Source: Microcystaceae cyanobacterium (GTDB lineage: Bacteria > Cyanobacteriota > Cyanobacteriia > Cyanobacteriales > Microcystaceae). From it: DNA of 64,000 nucleotides. Positions 30,933 through 40,953 of this stretch are shown here, piece after piece. How positions within the stretch are numbered: the stretch's first letter is position 1; each line of letters begins with the position of its first letter. The stretch lies in assembly GCA_041746575.1 (NCBI GenBank), contig JBGTGT010000011.1, positions 92,660 through 156,659 of the forward strand, read 5' to 3'. Below the pieces are notes generated by a model. It did no database searches and was not told where the DNA came from. It was given only the letters and a program-made list of their open reading frames with translations. Made by a program: the position numbers and the translations under genes.

Positions 30933-31385
30933 CTTTCTATCAGTGTTACTAAGGAGCTAAATCGATGTCTCGATGGTATCACGCCCGTATAAGTGCGACA
31001 AGGGAAAATAACAAAAATCAGTAATTATTCGGAATAAAACCCAAAAAATCCGTAAATATACATATATATGTAAATAAAAAAATGTAAAGTTATTGCCCTA
31101 ATTCCGTGAATACACTTACAGTGTTTTGCGACTTGATAAGGTACATAATTGAGGGTAAAGGGGCAAGGCTTGCGCCCAAAGGTGTATTACTTTAACTCGC
31201 AATTTGCTGTAAAGGGGGTTTTGAGATAGTTTTTATCTATTTAAAGAGAACAGTAATTGTGCTGAGATTTCGCTGAGAAACAACCTAACATTTTCTCAGG
31301 AGATTTTGAGCAAATCTTTCAGCTTATGGGTCTAGGGTAATGAAGGATTTAAACACGACCTTTCATCAGTAAAGAGGGACTTATC

Positions 31386-32246
31386 ATGAGAAAATTCGTT
31401 TATTTATTAGCCACTTCGGGAATTTTAGCGACGACTTACCCTGCTGAGGCGGCATTTTTACGAGTAACCGTCGAAAGTCTTGCACCCAATAATGGGGTTT
31501 ATTTTACGCCGGTTTGGGTGGGTTTTCATAATGGCAGTTTTGATAGCTATGATAATGGTTTAGCGGCAGCAGAAGGATTAGAGAGGCTAGCAGAAGATGG
31601 CGATACCAGTGTAATTTCTGCTGATTTTACCAATAATCTAACCTATGTTAATACTGGATTAACTCAAGGGGGCATAAGGGTAGATGGCACGATCGGCTCG
31701 GCTCCCATTGCGCCGAATCAAACCGTTTCCCAGTTATTTGAAATTAGTGAAGATGAATCGAATCGCTATTTTTCTTATGCTTCTATGATTTTACCAACGA
31801 ATGATTACTTCATTGCTAATGGGAATCCGACTGGCATCGATTTATCGCATTTATTTAATAATATTGGAGGGTCAATTTCTTTTGATATTGGTAACAGCGT
31901 TAATGAAGCAGGAACGGAAATTAATGATTTTGATTTTTCGGCAGGTAATCCTCTTTTTGGTATTGCAGGAGGTCAATCAGGCGGTAATCAAGGAAATGAG
32001 CAAAATGGCGTAATTACAAATGTGACGAATCCAACTGATCCTTTTACAGATTTCCTCAATCGTCCGGCAGGATTTGATTTTAATCCCCTTAATTTTAACA
32101 ATGATACTCTCTATCCCAATGGTATTGCTAGAGTTACGATCACTTCGGTAAATGTACCTGAATCTTCACCGATTAACGGCCTATTTTTGTTAGGGGTTTT
32201 AGGGATTTTAGGCAAAATGGGTCAATCTAATAAGGGGAAGTCGTAG
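31386..32246 (+). CDS. Spondin-domain protein with PEP-CTERM sorting signal
   Basis: FTPVWVGFHNG, LERLAEDGD, SMILPTNDYF, AGTEIND; C-terminal VPESS + TM. Confidence 0.85.
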   Translation: MRKFVYLLATSGILATTYPAEAAFLRVTVESLAPNNGVYFTPVWVGFHNGSFDSYDNGLAAAEGLERLAEDGDTSVISADFTNNLTYVNTGLTQGGIRVDGTIGSAPIAPNQTVSQLFEISEDESNRYFSYASMILPTNDYFIANGNPTGIDLSHLFNNIGGSISFDIGNSVNEAGTEINDFDFSAGNPLFGIAGGQSGGNQGNEQNGVITNVTNPTDPFTDFLNRPAGFDFNPLNFNNDTLYPNGIARVTITSVNVPESSPINGLFLLGVLGILGKMGQSNKGKS

Positions 32247-32400
32247 ATTAATTTTATCACCCCCTATTTTTTGTTTACTGATAGCTTAGGTGGCAGTTAC
32301 ATGACGTCGAAGCATTAACCCCAAGCGTCTTTAACCACCACCTTTATTCGTTTCAATTGAGTCAAAAAGCGAGAACTACGTTAAATATTTCCCGACTTTT

Positions 32401-33114
32401 TTACTCTGCAGTTGCTAATTCTGTGCTACCTTGCGCCCGACGTCGGGTTAAGGTATTAAAGAGCATAATGCCGATCGCTTTGATTAGATTTCCTTCTAAT
32501 TCGTTAAACAACTTCATATTCATGCCAAAAGCGGCGTTTGCTTCGTCTACAATTCGATCTGCGGTTGCTTGATCGATGGGAAGCTCATTTAAGGCCGCAC
32601 GATAGCGATTTTTGAATTCTTTCTCATCGGGAATGTCTTTAAATTGGTAGAAAGCTGTGCCACCTTCCCCTAAATTCATCGCTTTTTGAGCAATTTTCAT
32701 GAGAATTTGTCCCCCTGAAAGATCACCCAAATAACGAGTATAAGAATGCGCCGCTAATAATTCTGGAGAATTAGCCGCCACCTCATGAATCCGTTGCACA
32801 TAGGCTTGTGCCACTTTAGAAGGAGCAATTTCATTACGCCAGTTAACCCCGTAATAAAAGGCTAAATCCTGTTCTAGAGCTTGTTTACGATGAAGTTGAG
32901 GGAAATAGATCTGGGAAACAATGGGGTGATTTTTGAGTTTCTCCATTTCTTCTTCCATCGCTGAATAGACGTAGTAGAGATTCGCCACTAATTTGCGATA
33001 GGAAGTCTTTTCTACCACTCCTTTTAAGAAGCATTTGACAAAACCGACGTTTTCGGCCATGGTATGGGATTTTTTCGTCCCTTCTCGTAACATGGTTGCT
33101 AAATTAACACTCAT
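32401..33114 (-). CDS. ho1: Heme oxygenase 1
   Basis: MSVNLATMLREGTKKSHTMAENVGFVKCFLKG, HSYTRYLGDLSGGQIL. Confidence 0.95.
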   Translation of the reverse strand: MSVNLATMLREGTKKSHTMAENVGFVKCFLKGVVEKTSYRKLVANLYYVYSAMEEEMEKLKNHPIVSQIYFPQLHRKQALEQDLAFYYGVNWRNEIAPSKVAQAYVQRIHEVAANSPELLAAHSYTRYLGDLSGGQILMKIAQKAMNLGEGGTAFYQFKDIPDEKEFKNRYRAALNELPIDQATADRIVDEANAAFGMNMKLFNELEGNLIKAIGIMLFNTLTRRRAQGSTELATAE

Positions 33115-33278
33115 ACTATACAGTCCTATTCTTTGAGGGTATGATCGAAGTTTGTAACAAACACTTCAAATTTTTCTGCCTAATTGGTTAGATTAGACTG
33201 AAATGATGAGAATTTATATTAAGAATTCTTACGAAATCGAGATGGCGTAATGGATAATACGAAAAATTAATCTGCTTC

Positions 33279-34430
33279 ATGGCAACGAGGAATAAACTTT
33301 TGATAGACCCCCGCTCTTACTGGTTAGCATGGTCAAAAATCCCTAAAATTGGACCTGTTTTACTCAAACGCCTTTGGCAACACTTCGGCACGTTACAGCA
33401 AGCGTGGCACGCCTCTGCTGACGCATTGAATGAAGTCGAAGGTGTTGGGGGGAAGTTAGTTGAAATTATCGTTAAAGAGCGATCTCATCTCGATCCTGCG
33501 CAATTATTAACTGAACATTGGCAAAAAAATCCAAATTTCTGGACTCCTAGTGATCAAGATTATCCTCAGTTACTCTTAGAGATTCCTAGTCCGCCACCTT
33601 TGTTATATTATCGGGGGAGGGTGGATTTAGGGGAAAATCAGGGGATCACGCCTTTGGTGGGAATTGTGGGTACACGCAGTCCGACAGATCATGGACGACG
33701 CTGGACATGGAATATTAGTTCTGCACTGGCTAAACGGGGGTTTACAATTGTTTCTGGTTTAGCGTTGGGAATTGATCGGATCGCTCATGAAGCCTGTCTG
33801 AAATCAGGAGGGCGCACTATTGCTGTATTAGGCACGGGGGTAGATGTAATTTATCCATCAAATCATCGTCCATTGTATGAAGCGATTCAAGAAAAGGGAA
33901 TCATTTTGAGTGAGTATCCGTCGGGATCTCCGCCTGATAAGACAAAATTTCCGGCCAGAAATCGCATTATTGCAGGTTTATGCCGAGCAATCTTAGTGAT
34001 GGAAGCTCCTATGCAGTCTGGTGCCTTGATTACGGCGCGTTATGCGAATGAATTTGGCCGAGATATTTACACGTTACCCAATTCGCCAGATGTGGTGGAG
34101 GCAGAGGGATGTTTACGGTTAATTCATCAAGGTGCGGAAATGATTATTAAAGAAGAAGAATTATTGGAGATGTTAGGGGCAATTCCTCAGTTAGATCAAC
34201 CTCAACAAGTATCGTTGTTATCGGAAACAAAAGCGGTAGTTGAGGTTAATTTAGATTTAGATCCCAAATTAATTCAAGTTTTACAGAGAATTTCTGCTCA
34301 ACCGACGCTATTTGATACCATTGTCAGTCAAAGCCAATTGCCGGCTTCTGAGGTATCAGGCTTATTATTACAATTGGAATTGGAGGGATATATTATGCAG
34401 TTACCGGGGATGCGATATCAACGAAAATAA
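33279..34430 (+). CDS. dprA: DNA-processing protein DprA
   Basis: GIVGTR, IVSGLALGID, FPARNRIIAGL, SGALITA; C-terminal winged helix. Confidence 0.95.
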   Translation: MATRNKLLIDPRSYWLAWSKIPKIGPVLLKRLWQHFGTLQQAWHASADALNEVEGVGGKLVEIIVKERSHLDPAQLLTEHWQKNPNFWTPSDQDYPQLLLEIPSPPPLLYYRGRVDLGENQGITPLVGIVGTRSPTDHGRRWTWNISSALAKRGFTIVSGLALGIDRIAHEACLKSGGRTIAVLGTGVDVIYPSNHRPLYEAIQEKGIILSEYPSGSPPDKTKFPARNRIIAGLCRAILVMEAPMQSGALITARYANEFGRDIYTLPNSPDVVEAEGCLRLIHQGAEMIIKEEELLEMLGAIPQLDQPQQVSLLSETKAVVEVNLDLDPKLIQVLQRISAQPTLFDTIVSQSQLPASEVSGLLLQLELEGYIMQLPGMRYQRK

Positions 34431-34554
34431 TAGGAATGATCAATTTTGTAGCGTTTTATAATGAAGGCGATCGCTTTTTTCATTCTTCAACTCGCCATTT
34501 ACCGATCCCCCGACTAAGATAAAATTGAACTTAAGATGAGTGTAGGTTAAGTGA

Positions 34555-34899
34555 ATGACCGATAATAACAAAAGTGGTGTCTTTGTCGTCGGAATGATCG
34601 TCGGTAGTTTAGTGGGTGCGGCGACGGGATTGTTAGTTGCGCCGAGATCAGGCCAAGAAACTCGTAAAATTTTACGAAAATCTGCGGAAGCATTGCCAGA
34701 AATGGCTGAAGATGTCTCAGCAACAGTACAGATTCAAACAGATCGTCTGTCAGCATCTGCGCTCAAAAATTGGCATGAAACCCTGACTCGTCTTAAAGAA
34801 GCGATCGCCACTGGAGTAGAAGTGAGCCAACAACAAGCGCAACATCTTCAGTCTAGCAATGATAGGATCTCAGAGGGACAGGAATCTGATTTAAGTTAG
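34555..34899 (+). CDS. YtxH-domain protein
   Basis: GSLVGAATGLLVAPRSGQETR. Confidence 0.85.
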   Translation: MTDNNKSGVFVVGMIVGSLVGAATGLLVAPRSGQETRKILRKSAEALPEMAEDVSATVQIQTDRLSASALKNWHETLTRLKEAIATGVEVSQQQAQHLQSSNDRISEGQESDLS

Positions 34900-34910
34900 G
34901 ATAAAATAAC

Positions 34911-35315
34911 GTGACTGAACCCCTTTTTTGGTTAGGACTTTCATTATGTTTAGTGGCTGTGAGTTTAACGGCGGTATTAATTGTCGCTTTACCTGCTTTG
35001 CAAGAATTAGCAAGAGCCGCTCGCAGTGCAGAAAAACTCTTTGATACCCTCAGGCAGGAATTTCCCCCCACCTTAGAAGCCATTCGTTTGACAGGATTAG
35101 ACATTAGTGAATTAAGCAATCATTTAGATCAAAGTGTTCAACAAGCAACAGGAGTAGTGAAACAGGTGGATCAAAGTTTAACAGGTGCAAAACATCAGAT
35201 TCAACAAGCACAAATCGGCAGTAAAAGCGTTTTGGCGGGAGTGAAAGCGGCGTGGAAAGTATGGCGTCGTCCTACGGTTAATTCCCCTCAACAGACGGAT
35301 TATAATAAAGATTAA
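34911..35315 (+). CDS. Conserved membrane-anchored protein (DUF948-like), partner of YtxH
   Basis: PLFWLGLSL.LVAVSLTAVL...ELARAARSAEKLFDTL. Confidence 0.75.
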   Translation: MTEPLFWLGLSLCLVAVSLTAVLIVALPALQELARAARSAEKLFDTLRQEFPPTLEAIRLTGLDISELSNHLDQSVQQATGVVKQVDQSLTGAKHQIQQAQIGSKSVLAGVKAAWKVWRRPTVNSPQQTDYNKD

Positions 35316-35494
35316 ATAGGGTTAGTCATTCAATAAAATTAAATTTTTGAATATCAGTTTTTAGCTTGTACAAATATCACTGTATTATTTTTTACGAATA
35401 AGTGAGTTTAGTTAGACAAAATGTTTTTCATCTCAACCCCAAAATTGAACTCACGGTGTGATATAAAATAAGTCAGTCTTTTACTCCTTAAACG

Positions 35495-37981
35495 GTGTCA
35501 ATGAAACCATTATCCTTACCAAAATTACCTTCATTTGCGTGGCTTTTCCTATTTTGGATATTAAGCATTATCAGCGATCGCCTATGGCTGAGTTTAGATC
35601 AATATCCGCCAGCATGGGATCAAAGTAATCACCTCAATTTATCGCTTAAATATCTGGATGCTTTACAGAATCCTCAATTTTTGAGCGGGGAATGGTGGCA
35701 TAATTTTTGGATGATTTCGACAAAATATCCTCCTTTGACTTACCTTTTAACGACACCCATTCAGCAGGTTTTGGGGACAGGTGCCGACCAAGCTTTATGG
35801 GTAAATAGCGTCTGTAATGGTATTCTAATTTTAAGTCTATATTATTTAGGGAAAATCTTATTCAATGCTCAAGTTGGGTTATGGAGTGCAGGATTGTTCT
35901 TATTATTTCCCCGTTTATATAGTACCCGACTCCACTATCTTTTAGATACACCGATGATGGCGTTAACCATTGCAGGTTTTTGTGCATTAACCTATTGGAA
36001 ATTAGCCAAAAATCGTCAACATCAATGGCTTTGGACAGGGCTTTTTGGTGTCAGTTTAGGCTTAATTTTATTAACGAAACAAAGCGGCTTATTTTTCTTG
36101 TTTATTCCGTTACTATGGCTGGGAATTAGTCAGCTATGGCAACGAAAATGGGAAAGACTATTACAATTAATAGTTAGTTTGTTAATTTCAGGAATTCTCT
36201 GGTTTCCTTGGTATCGCACGAACTGGATTTATTTATTTAGTACCGCCCAAAATTCGGTGGTTATTCCTGCAACCGCAGAAGGCGATCCTTCTTTAAATAC
36301 CCTTGCCGCATGGACATATTATTGGCAAGACTTACCCTTAGCAATTACTTGGATTTTACTCTTGATTCCGTTAGTCGGATTTGCTTTGCATTTTTTAAAG
36401 CAATTTCCAGTTAATAAAGAAAAAATTGAATCTCAAAAAATAAAACAAAGTAAGGTGTGGCTGGGGTTATATCTAATTGCAGGATATTTGATTTGTTCTG
36501 CTAATTTTAATAAAGATAGTCGTTATATCATGCCTTTATTACCCATATTGGGAATGGTCTTAAGTTATGGTTTATTATTATGGCGGGGTCGTTGGCAATG
36601 GGTACGTTGGGCAACTGTCAGTCTAGCAATTTTAGTCATGATTGGTAAATTATATGCTATTCCAGTCTTAAGTCCGGTGGCGAATCTTTTAAGTCCAGAC
36701 GTTTCTTATTATCCGCAAATTAATTATCCCAATCCCAACCCCAAAATGATTCAATCGGTCATTAAAAATGCACCCTATCAACGGATAAATTTAGGCGTTA
36801 TTCCTAACGTAGAACAGATTAATCATAATACAATGAATTATTATGGTGCCTTACAAGATTTTCAAGTTTACGGGCGGGAATTAGGCTCAAATGACGAGAA
36901 AGTAAGTCAAGATAGTCGTTCAATGGATTGGTTTGTCACAAAAGAAGGCGGCGATAAAGGCTTTACAAAAGAGGCTCAATTTACCTTTGCTGAAACCCTA
37001 TCTAGTGATGATGATTTCCAAATATTAGAAACTGCAACTTTACCCGATCAAAGTATTATTAAACTCTATCGTCGTAAAACCCCAACTGTTCAAGTGTTTC
37101 CCAGTAATTTTACGCAAAATAAAGTGAAATTAGAGAAAGTTATTGTCCCTCAAAGCTTTCCTGCTAGCCAACCTGTACCCATTACGTATCAGTGGATAGG
37201 TTCAGGTGAACACTTAGAAAATGGACTGGTTTTGTTAAACTGGAAATTACAAGATTCTCCTGATAATCAATCTTTTTGGCTGCATGATCATGGGTTGGGA
37301 ATGGGAATGTTAAAGATGGATAAGAATCAAAATCAAATCTTTCAAGTGATTGAAAATACAGCGATGTTACCCGATCAGAATTTGCCTTCCGGAAATTACA
37401 CGTTAGAAGCCATTTACCTAAATCGTGAAACAAGGGAAACCTACCCTATTGAAACCCCTAAAATCACCATTACTCTTGATCCAAATTCATCTTCTACTCC
37501 TGCGCCTCCTCTCGATTTTGTGACTCAATTACGTCAGTTATCTAAATACTTACCCCAAGGTGTTAAAGAATTAGATCCGATTTTCGCTCAAGTGGATCGC
37601 ATTAATCAATATGATCCCTTACAAGACTATCTCAAACAAGCAGAAATTGCCTTAACCTATCGTTTACAAAATAATCCCCAATTACGGGAAATTCCTTGGT
37701 TATATAATTTAGCGTTATCTTATGTTTTACAAGAAGATCCTCAAGGTGCGATGAAAACCCTAGAAACCCTTGTGCAACGAGATAAAATGAACCCTTATGC
37801 TCATGCTTATCTGGCGTTTATTCATCTCTATCAGTGGCATCCTAAAGCCGCCGAAAAGGTGTTACAACCTGCTTTAACCCTTGCACCAGAAGTTGAAGAA
37901 ATTAAAGGTTTAGAAGGAATTGCCACAGCAATGCAGGGAAATCTGTTCAAAGCATGGCGAATTTTAAAACCGATTCTCTAA
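35495..37981 (+). CDS. GT-C fold glycosyltransferase (ArnT/PMT-like) with C-terminal TPR-like domain
   Basis: PPAWDQSNH, KYPPL, LLDTP, LLTKQ; many TM helices. Confidence 0.85.
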   Translation: MSMKPLSLPKLPSFAWLFLFWILSIISDRLWLSLDQYPPAWDQSNHLNLSLKYLDALQNPQFLSGEWWHNFWMISTKYPPLTYLLTTPIQQVLGTGADQALWVNSVCNGILILSLYYLGKILFNAQVGLWSAGLFLLFPRLYSTRLHYLLDTPMMALTIAGFCALTYWKLAKNRQHQWLWTGLFGVSLGLILLTKQSGLFFLFIPLLWLGISQLWQRKWERLLQLIVSLLISGILWFPWYRTNWIYLFSTAQNSVVIPATAEGDPSLNTLAAWTYYWQDLPLAITWILLLIPLVGFALHFLKQFPVNKEKIESQKIKQSKVWLGLYLIAGYLICSANFNKDSRYIMPLLPILGMVLSYGLLLWRGRWQWVRWATVSLAILVMIGKLYAIPVLSPVANLLSPDVSYYPQINYPNPNPKMIQSVIKNAPYQRINLGVIPNVEQINHNTMNYYGALQDFQVYGRELGSNDEKVSQDSRSMDWFVTKEGGDKGFTKEAQFTFAETLSSDDDFQILETATLPDQSIIKLYRRKTPTVQVFPSNFTQNKVKLEKVIVPQSFPASQPVPITYQWIGSGEHLENGLVLLNWKLQDSPDNQSFWLHDHGLGMGMLKMDKNQNQIFQVIENTAMLPDQNLPSGNYTLEAIYLNRETRETYPIETPKITITLDPNSSSTPAPPLDFVTQLRQLSKYLPQGVKELDPIFAQVDRINQYDPLQDYLKQAEIALTYRLQNNPQLREIPWLYNLALSYVLQEDPQGAMKTLETLVQRDKMNPYAHAYLAFIHLYQWHPKAAEKVLQPALTLAPEVEEIKGLEGIATAMQGNLFKAWRILKPIL

Positions 37982-38012
37982 GATTTACAAAAGTTGTAAA
38001 AAGGACAAGAAA

Positions 38013-38594
38013 TTAATAATCACTGTCTGCAACACATATTCCCTTGCACTTAATTCCGTTACTAGCGGTTCGTTGACAATGGGGACAGAGTATTGGATTA
38101 TTCTCTTGTTGAGTATCAAAACAGCGATCGCTTGGTTGTGAATTAAGGCGACATTTATTGTCTGGTTGTCCGTTGAGCTTTTTTTGACGTTCTACTATTA
38201 AAATTTCAAGTTCTGGTCTTCCTGCCAATCTTAAGCGTAAATTAGCCCAAATTCTATAAATTATGTTGGCTATCTTCTCAATTAAAGGATTTCTGGTAGC
38301 CGCATACATCCATCCTATGCCTAAGATTTCATAAACCTGACGAAATACCTCAATATCCGTGATTACCGTACCATCGGCTAGAATAGCGTGAATACGTCCC
38401 ATTGCCGTCTCATAGTCAATGTTTTTGTGAGCAACAGGTTGGTAATTTTCGTCAGAAATGTCAATAAAAGCAATCAAACCTTGGTTCCTATCCTTTTTCT
38501 TAAGAAAATTGACCTCTCGTAAGCATAGAGGACATTCGCCATCGTATAACAGCTTAATTCGCCAATGAGATTTAGGAAGAGAGGTAAGAGGCAT
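38013..38594 (-). CDS. DCC1-like thiol-disulfide oxidoreductase (DUF393) with a Cys-rich C-terminal extension
   Basis: LLYDGECPLCLREV, MGRIHA; tail CPHCQRTASNGIKCKGIC. Confidence 0.85.
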   Translation of the reverse strand: MPLTSLPKSHWRIKLLYDGECPLCLREVNFLKKKDRNQGLIAFIDISDENYQPVAHKNIDYETAMGRIHAILADGTVITDIEVFRQVYEILGIGWMYAATRNPLIEKIANIIYRIWANLRLRLAGRPELEILIVERQKKLNGQPDNKCRLNSQPSDRCFDTQQENNPILCPHCQRTASNGIKCKGICVADSDY

Positions 38595-38720
38595 CGCCAG
38601 TTAAAAGATCAAGTAGAGGATATGCTCTAGATATTTTAACAAAACTTAATGTTTTGTGGGAACCTCAATTTTAAGGAGATGACGTAAGAAATAATAAAAA
38701 TATTAAATTATAAAAAATGA

Positions 38721-39782
38721 ATGATAAAATTTATATGTTCTTCAAAAAGAGAAAAGAGCGTACACTGTCTTCAATCTTTGATTTATACTGATATTTTGAA
38801 ACGCTTAAACACGCCCCTAACAATCGGTTCGCTCACCCTTAACAGTCGGGTTTTACAATCGCCTTTATCAGGGGTAACCGATCAGGTTTTTCGTCGTCTT
38901 GTACGGCGTTATGCTCCCCATTCTATGATTTATACTGAGATGGTTAGTGCGACGGAAATTCATCATCTCAAACACCTTCCTCAGATTATGGAAATTGATC
39001 CTAATGAGCAACCTATTAGTATTCAACTCTTTGATTGTCGTCCCGATTTTATGGCAGAAGCCGCCCAAAAAGCAGTCTTAGAAGGAGCAAAAACGATTGA
39101 TATTAATATGGGATGCCCAGTGAATAAAATTACAAAAAAAGGAGGGGGATCCAACTTATTACGCCAACCTGAAATTGCTGAGGCTATTGTTAAAACGGTT
39201 GTGCAATCTGTCGATGTTCCTGTCACCGTTAAAACCCGTTTAGGATGGGATGATCAAGAAATTACAATCATTGACTTTGCTAAACGTTTGGAAGATGCAG
39301 GAATTGCTTTATTAACACTTCATGGCCGAACCCGCGCTCAAGGTTATAATGAATCTGCCCAATGGGATTGGATCAGGAAAGTCAAAGAAACTTTATCTAT
39401 TCCGGTTATTGCCAATGGAGATATTTTTTCAGTCGAATCAGCGATCGCCTGTTTGGAGCAAACCCAAGCCGATGGGGTTATGTGTTCGCGGGGAACGTTG
39501 GGTTATCCTTTTTTAGTGGGGGAGATTGACACTTTTTTAAAAACGGGAGAAAGACTGACACCACCGAGTTTAATTGAACGTTTAAATTGTGCTAAAGAAC
39601 ACTTACAACAACTGTGGGAATATAAAGGAAAGAAAGGCATTTATCAAGCACGGAAACACTTGGCTTGGTATTGTAAAGGCTTTGAAGGCAGTGCTAGTTT
39701 ACGGGCAAAACTATTTACCATTGAAACCGTAGAAGAGGGGGAACAACTTCTCGATCAAATTATTCAAAATCAAGATAAATGA
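38721..39782 (+). CDS. dusB: tRNA-dihydrouridine synthase B (true start may be slightly downstream)
   Basis: QSPLSGVTD, DINMGCPVNK, VTVKTRLGW, LHGRTRAQ, IANGDI. Confidence 0.92.
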   Translation: MIKFICSSKREKSVHCLQSLIYTDILKRLNTPLTIGSLTLNSRVLQSPLSGVTDQVFRRLVRRYAPHSMIYTEMVSATEIHHLKHLPQIMEIDPNEQPISIQLFDCRPDFMAEAAQKAVLEGAKTIDINMGCPVNKITKKGGGSNLLRQPEIAEAIVKTVVQSVDVPVTVKTRLGWDDQEITIIDFAKRLEDAGIALLTLHGRTRAQGYNESAQWDWIRKVKETLSIPVIANGDIFSVESAIACLEQTQADGVMCSRGTLGYPFLVGEIDTFLKTGERLTPPSLIERLNCAKEHLQQLWEYKGKKGIYQARKHLAWYCKGFEGSASLRAKLFTIETVEEGEQLLDQIIQNQDK

Positions 39783-39944
39783 TTAATTTCGATTTGAATA
39801 TATTTAACTTCATTCTGTTACAGGGAATTAAATTAAACGGGTGCTTATGATCTGTTCCTTAAAAAGTAACAACTTTATCCATCATAACGCCCTAAACTGC
39901 TGTATATTGTAGATAAATCAAAGTTTATTATTTAGATAATTTTC

Positions 39945-40516
39945 ATGACAAAAAAAAACGTTTAATTGTCGGAATTAGTGGCGCGACAGGTATTATTTAC
40001 GGTGTTCGTCTATTAGAATTACTCAAAAAAACGGATATTGAAACCCATTTAATTGTCTCCCGTGCAGGAGAATTAACGCGTACCCATGAACTTGATATTA
40101 GCGCAGAAGAATTGCGTCAATTTGCATCTGTATCTTATAATATTAACGATGTGGGAGCGGCTATTTCTAGTGGATCATTTCGCACCATGGGAATGATAAT
40201 TGCACCCTGTTCGATGAAAAGTTTAGCAGAAATTGCCCACGGTACCACCACGAATCTGTTAACTCGTGCGGCAGATGTTGTCTTAAAAGAACGTCGTCGT
40301 TTAGTGCTATTAGTGAGGGAAACCCCTTTACACGCTATTCATCTCAAAAATATGTTAGCGGTCACTGAATGCGGTGGTATTATTATGCCCCCTGTTCCGG
40401 CTTTTTATGCTCTCCCAAAATCAATTGATGAGATGGTGACCCATACTGTCGGACGGGTGTTAGACTTATTTGAAATTGATATCCCTGATGGAATGCCCCG
40501 ATGGGGAGAAGACTAG
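39945..40516 (+). pseudogene. ubiX: Flavin prenyltransferase UbiX/Pad1, frameshifted in an A9 run after codon 2 (pseudogene, slippage site or sequencing error)
   Basis: RLIVGISGATG from 39959 is in frame with SSGSF...APCSMKSLA...RAADVVLKERR..RETP. ATG 39945 is out of frame by one base, and no in-frame start lies between the TAA at 39914 and the motif. Confidence 0.85.
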
Positions 40517-40589
40517 GGTGGGCGATTTCCTTAACCTAACTTAGTATTTAGCTAAATAATCCAATATTCAGCATTTGCCCACCTTGTCA

Positions 40590-40892
40590 TTACCAACTAG
40601 ATTTGACAACCCCCGGCAAAAGTCCTTCGTGAGCCCATTCCCGCAAAACGTTGCGAGATAGTCCAAAATCGCGGTAATATCCTCTAGGACGACCTGTTAA
40701 CCAACAACGATTTCGTTGACGGCTGGGCGCGCTATTTCGGGGTAATTGCTGAATTTTGCGATGAATTTCCATTTTTTCATCAAAATCTTCACTTCCATGA
40801 AATGCTTCTAATAAAGCTTCCCGTTTTGCTTGGTATTTGTCAGCCAGTTTTTTGCGCTTTTTTTCGCGCTCAATCATCGATTTTTTAGCCAT
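40590..40892 (-). CDS. rpsN: 30S ribosomal protein S14
   Basis: [10 protein letters not shown]...[12 protein letters not shown]...PGVVKSSW. Confidence 0.98.
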   Translation of the reverse strand: MAKKSMIEREKKRKKLADKYQAKREALLEAFHGSEDFDEKMEIHRKIQQLPRNSAPSRQRNRCWLTGRPRGYYRDFGLSRNVLREWAHEGLLPGVVKSSW

Positions 40893-40953
40893 AAAACCTC
40901 AAAAGTTCAAAAGACACCATTTCTAATGATACCATACGATAGAACGTCTCTGA

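Noticed and set aside
40112..40516. ORF-track 134-aa protein as a complete gene
   Set aside because: It is only the C-terminal part of ubiX; the FMN-binding N-terminus lies upstream in the same frame.
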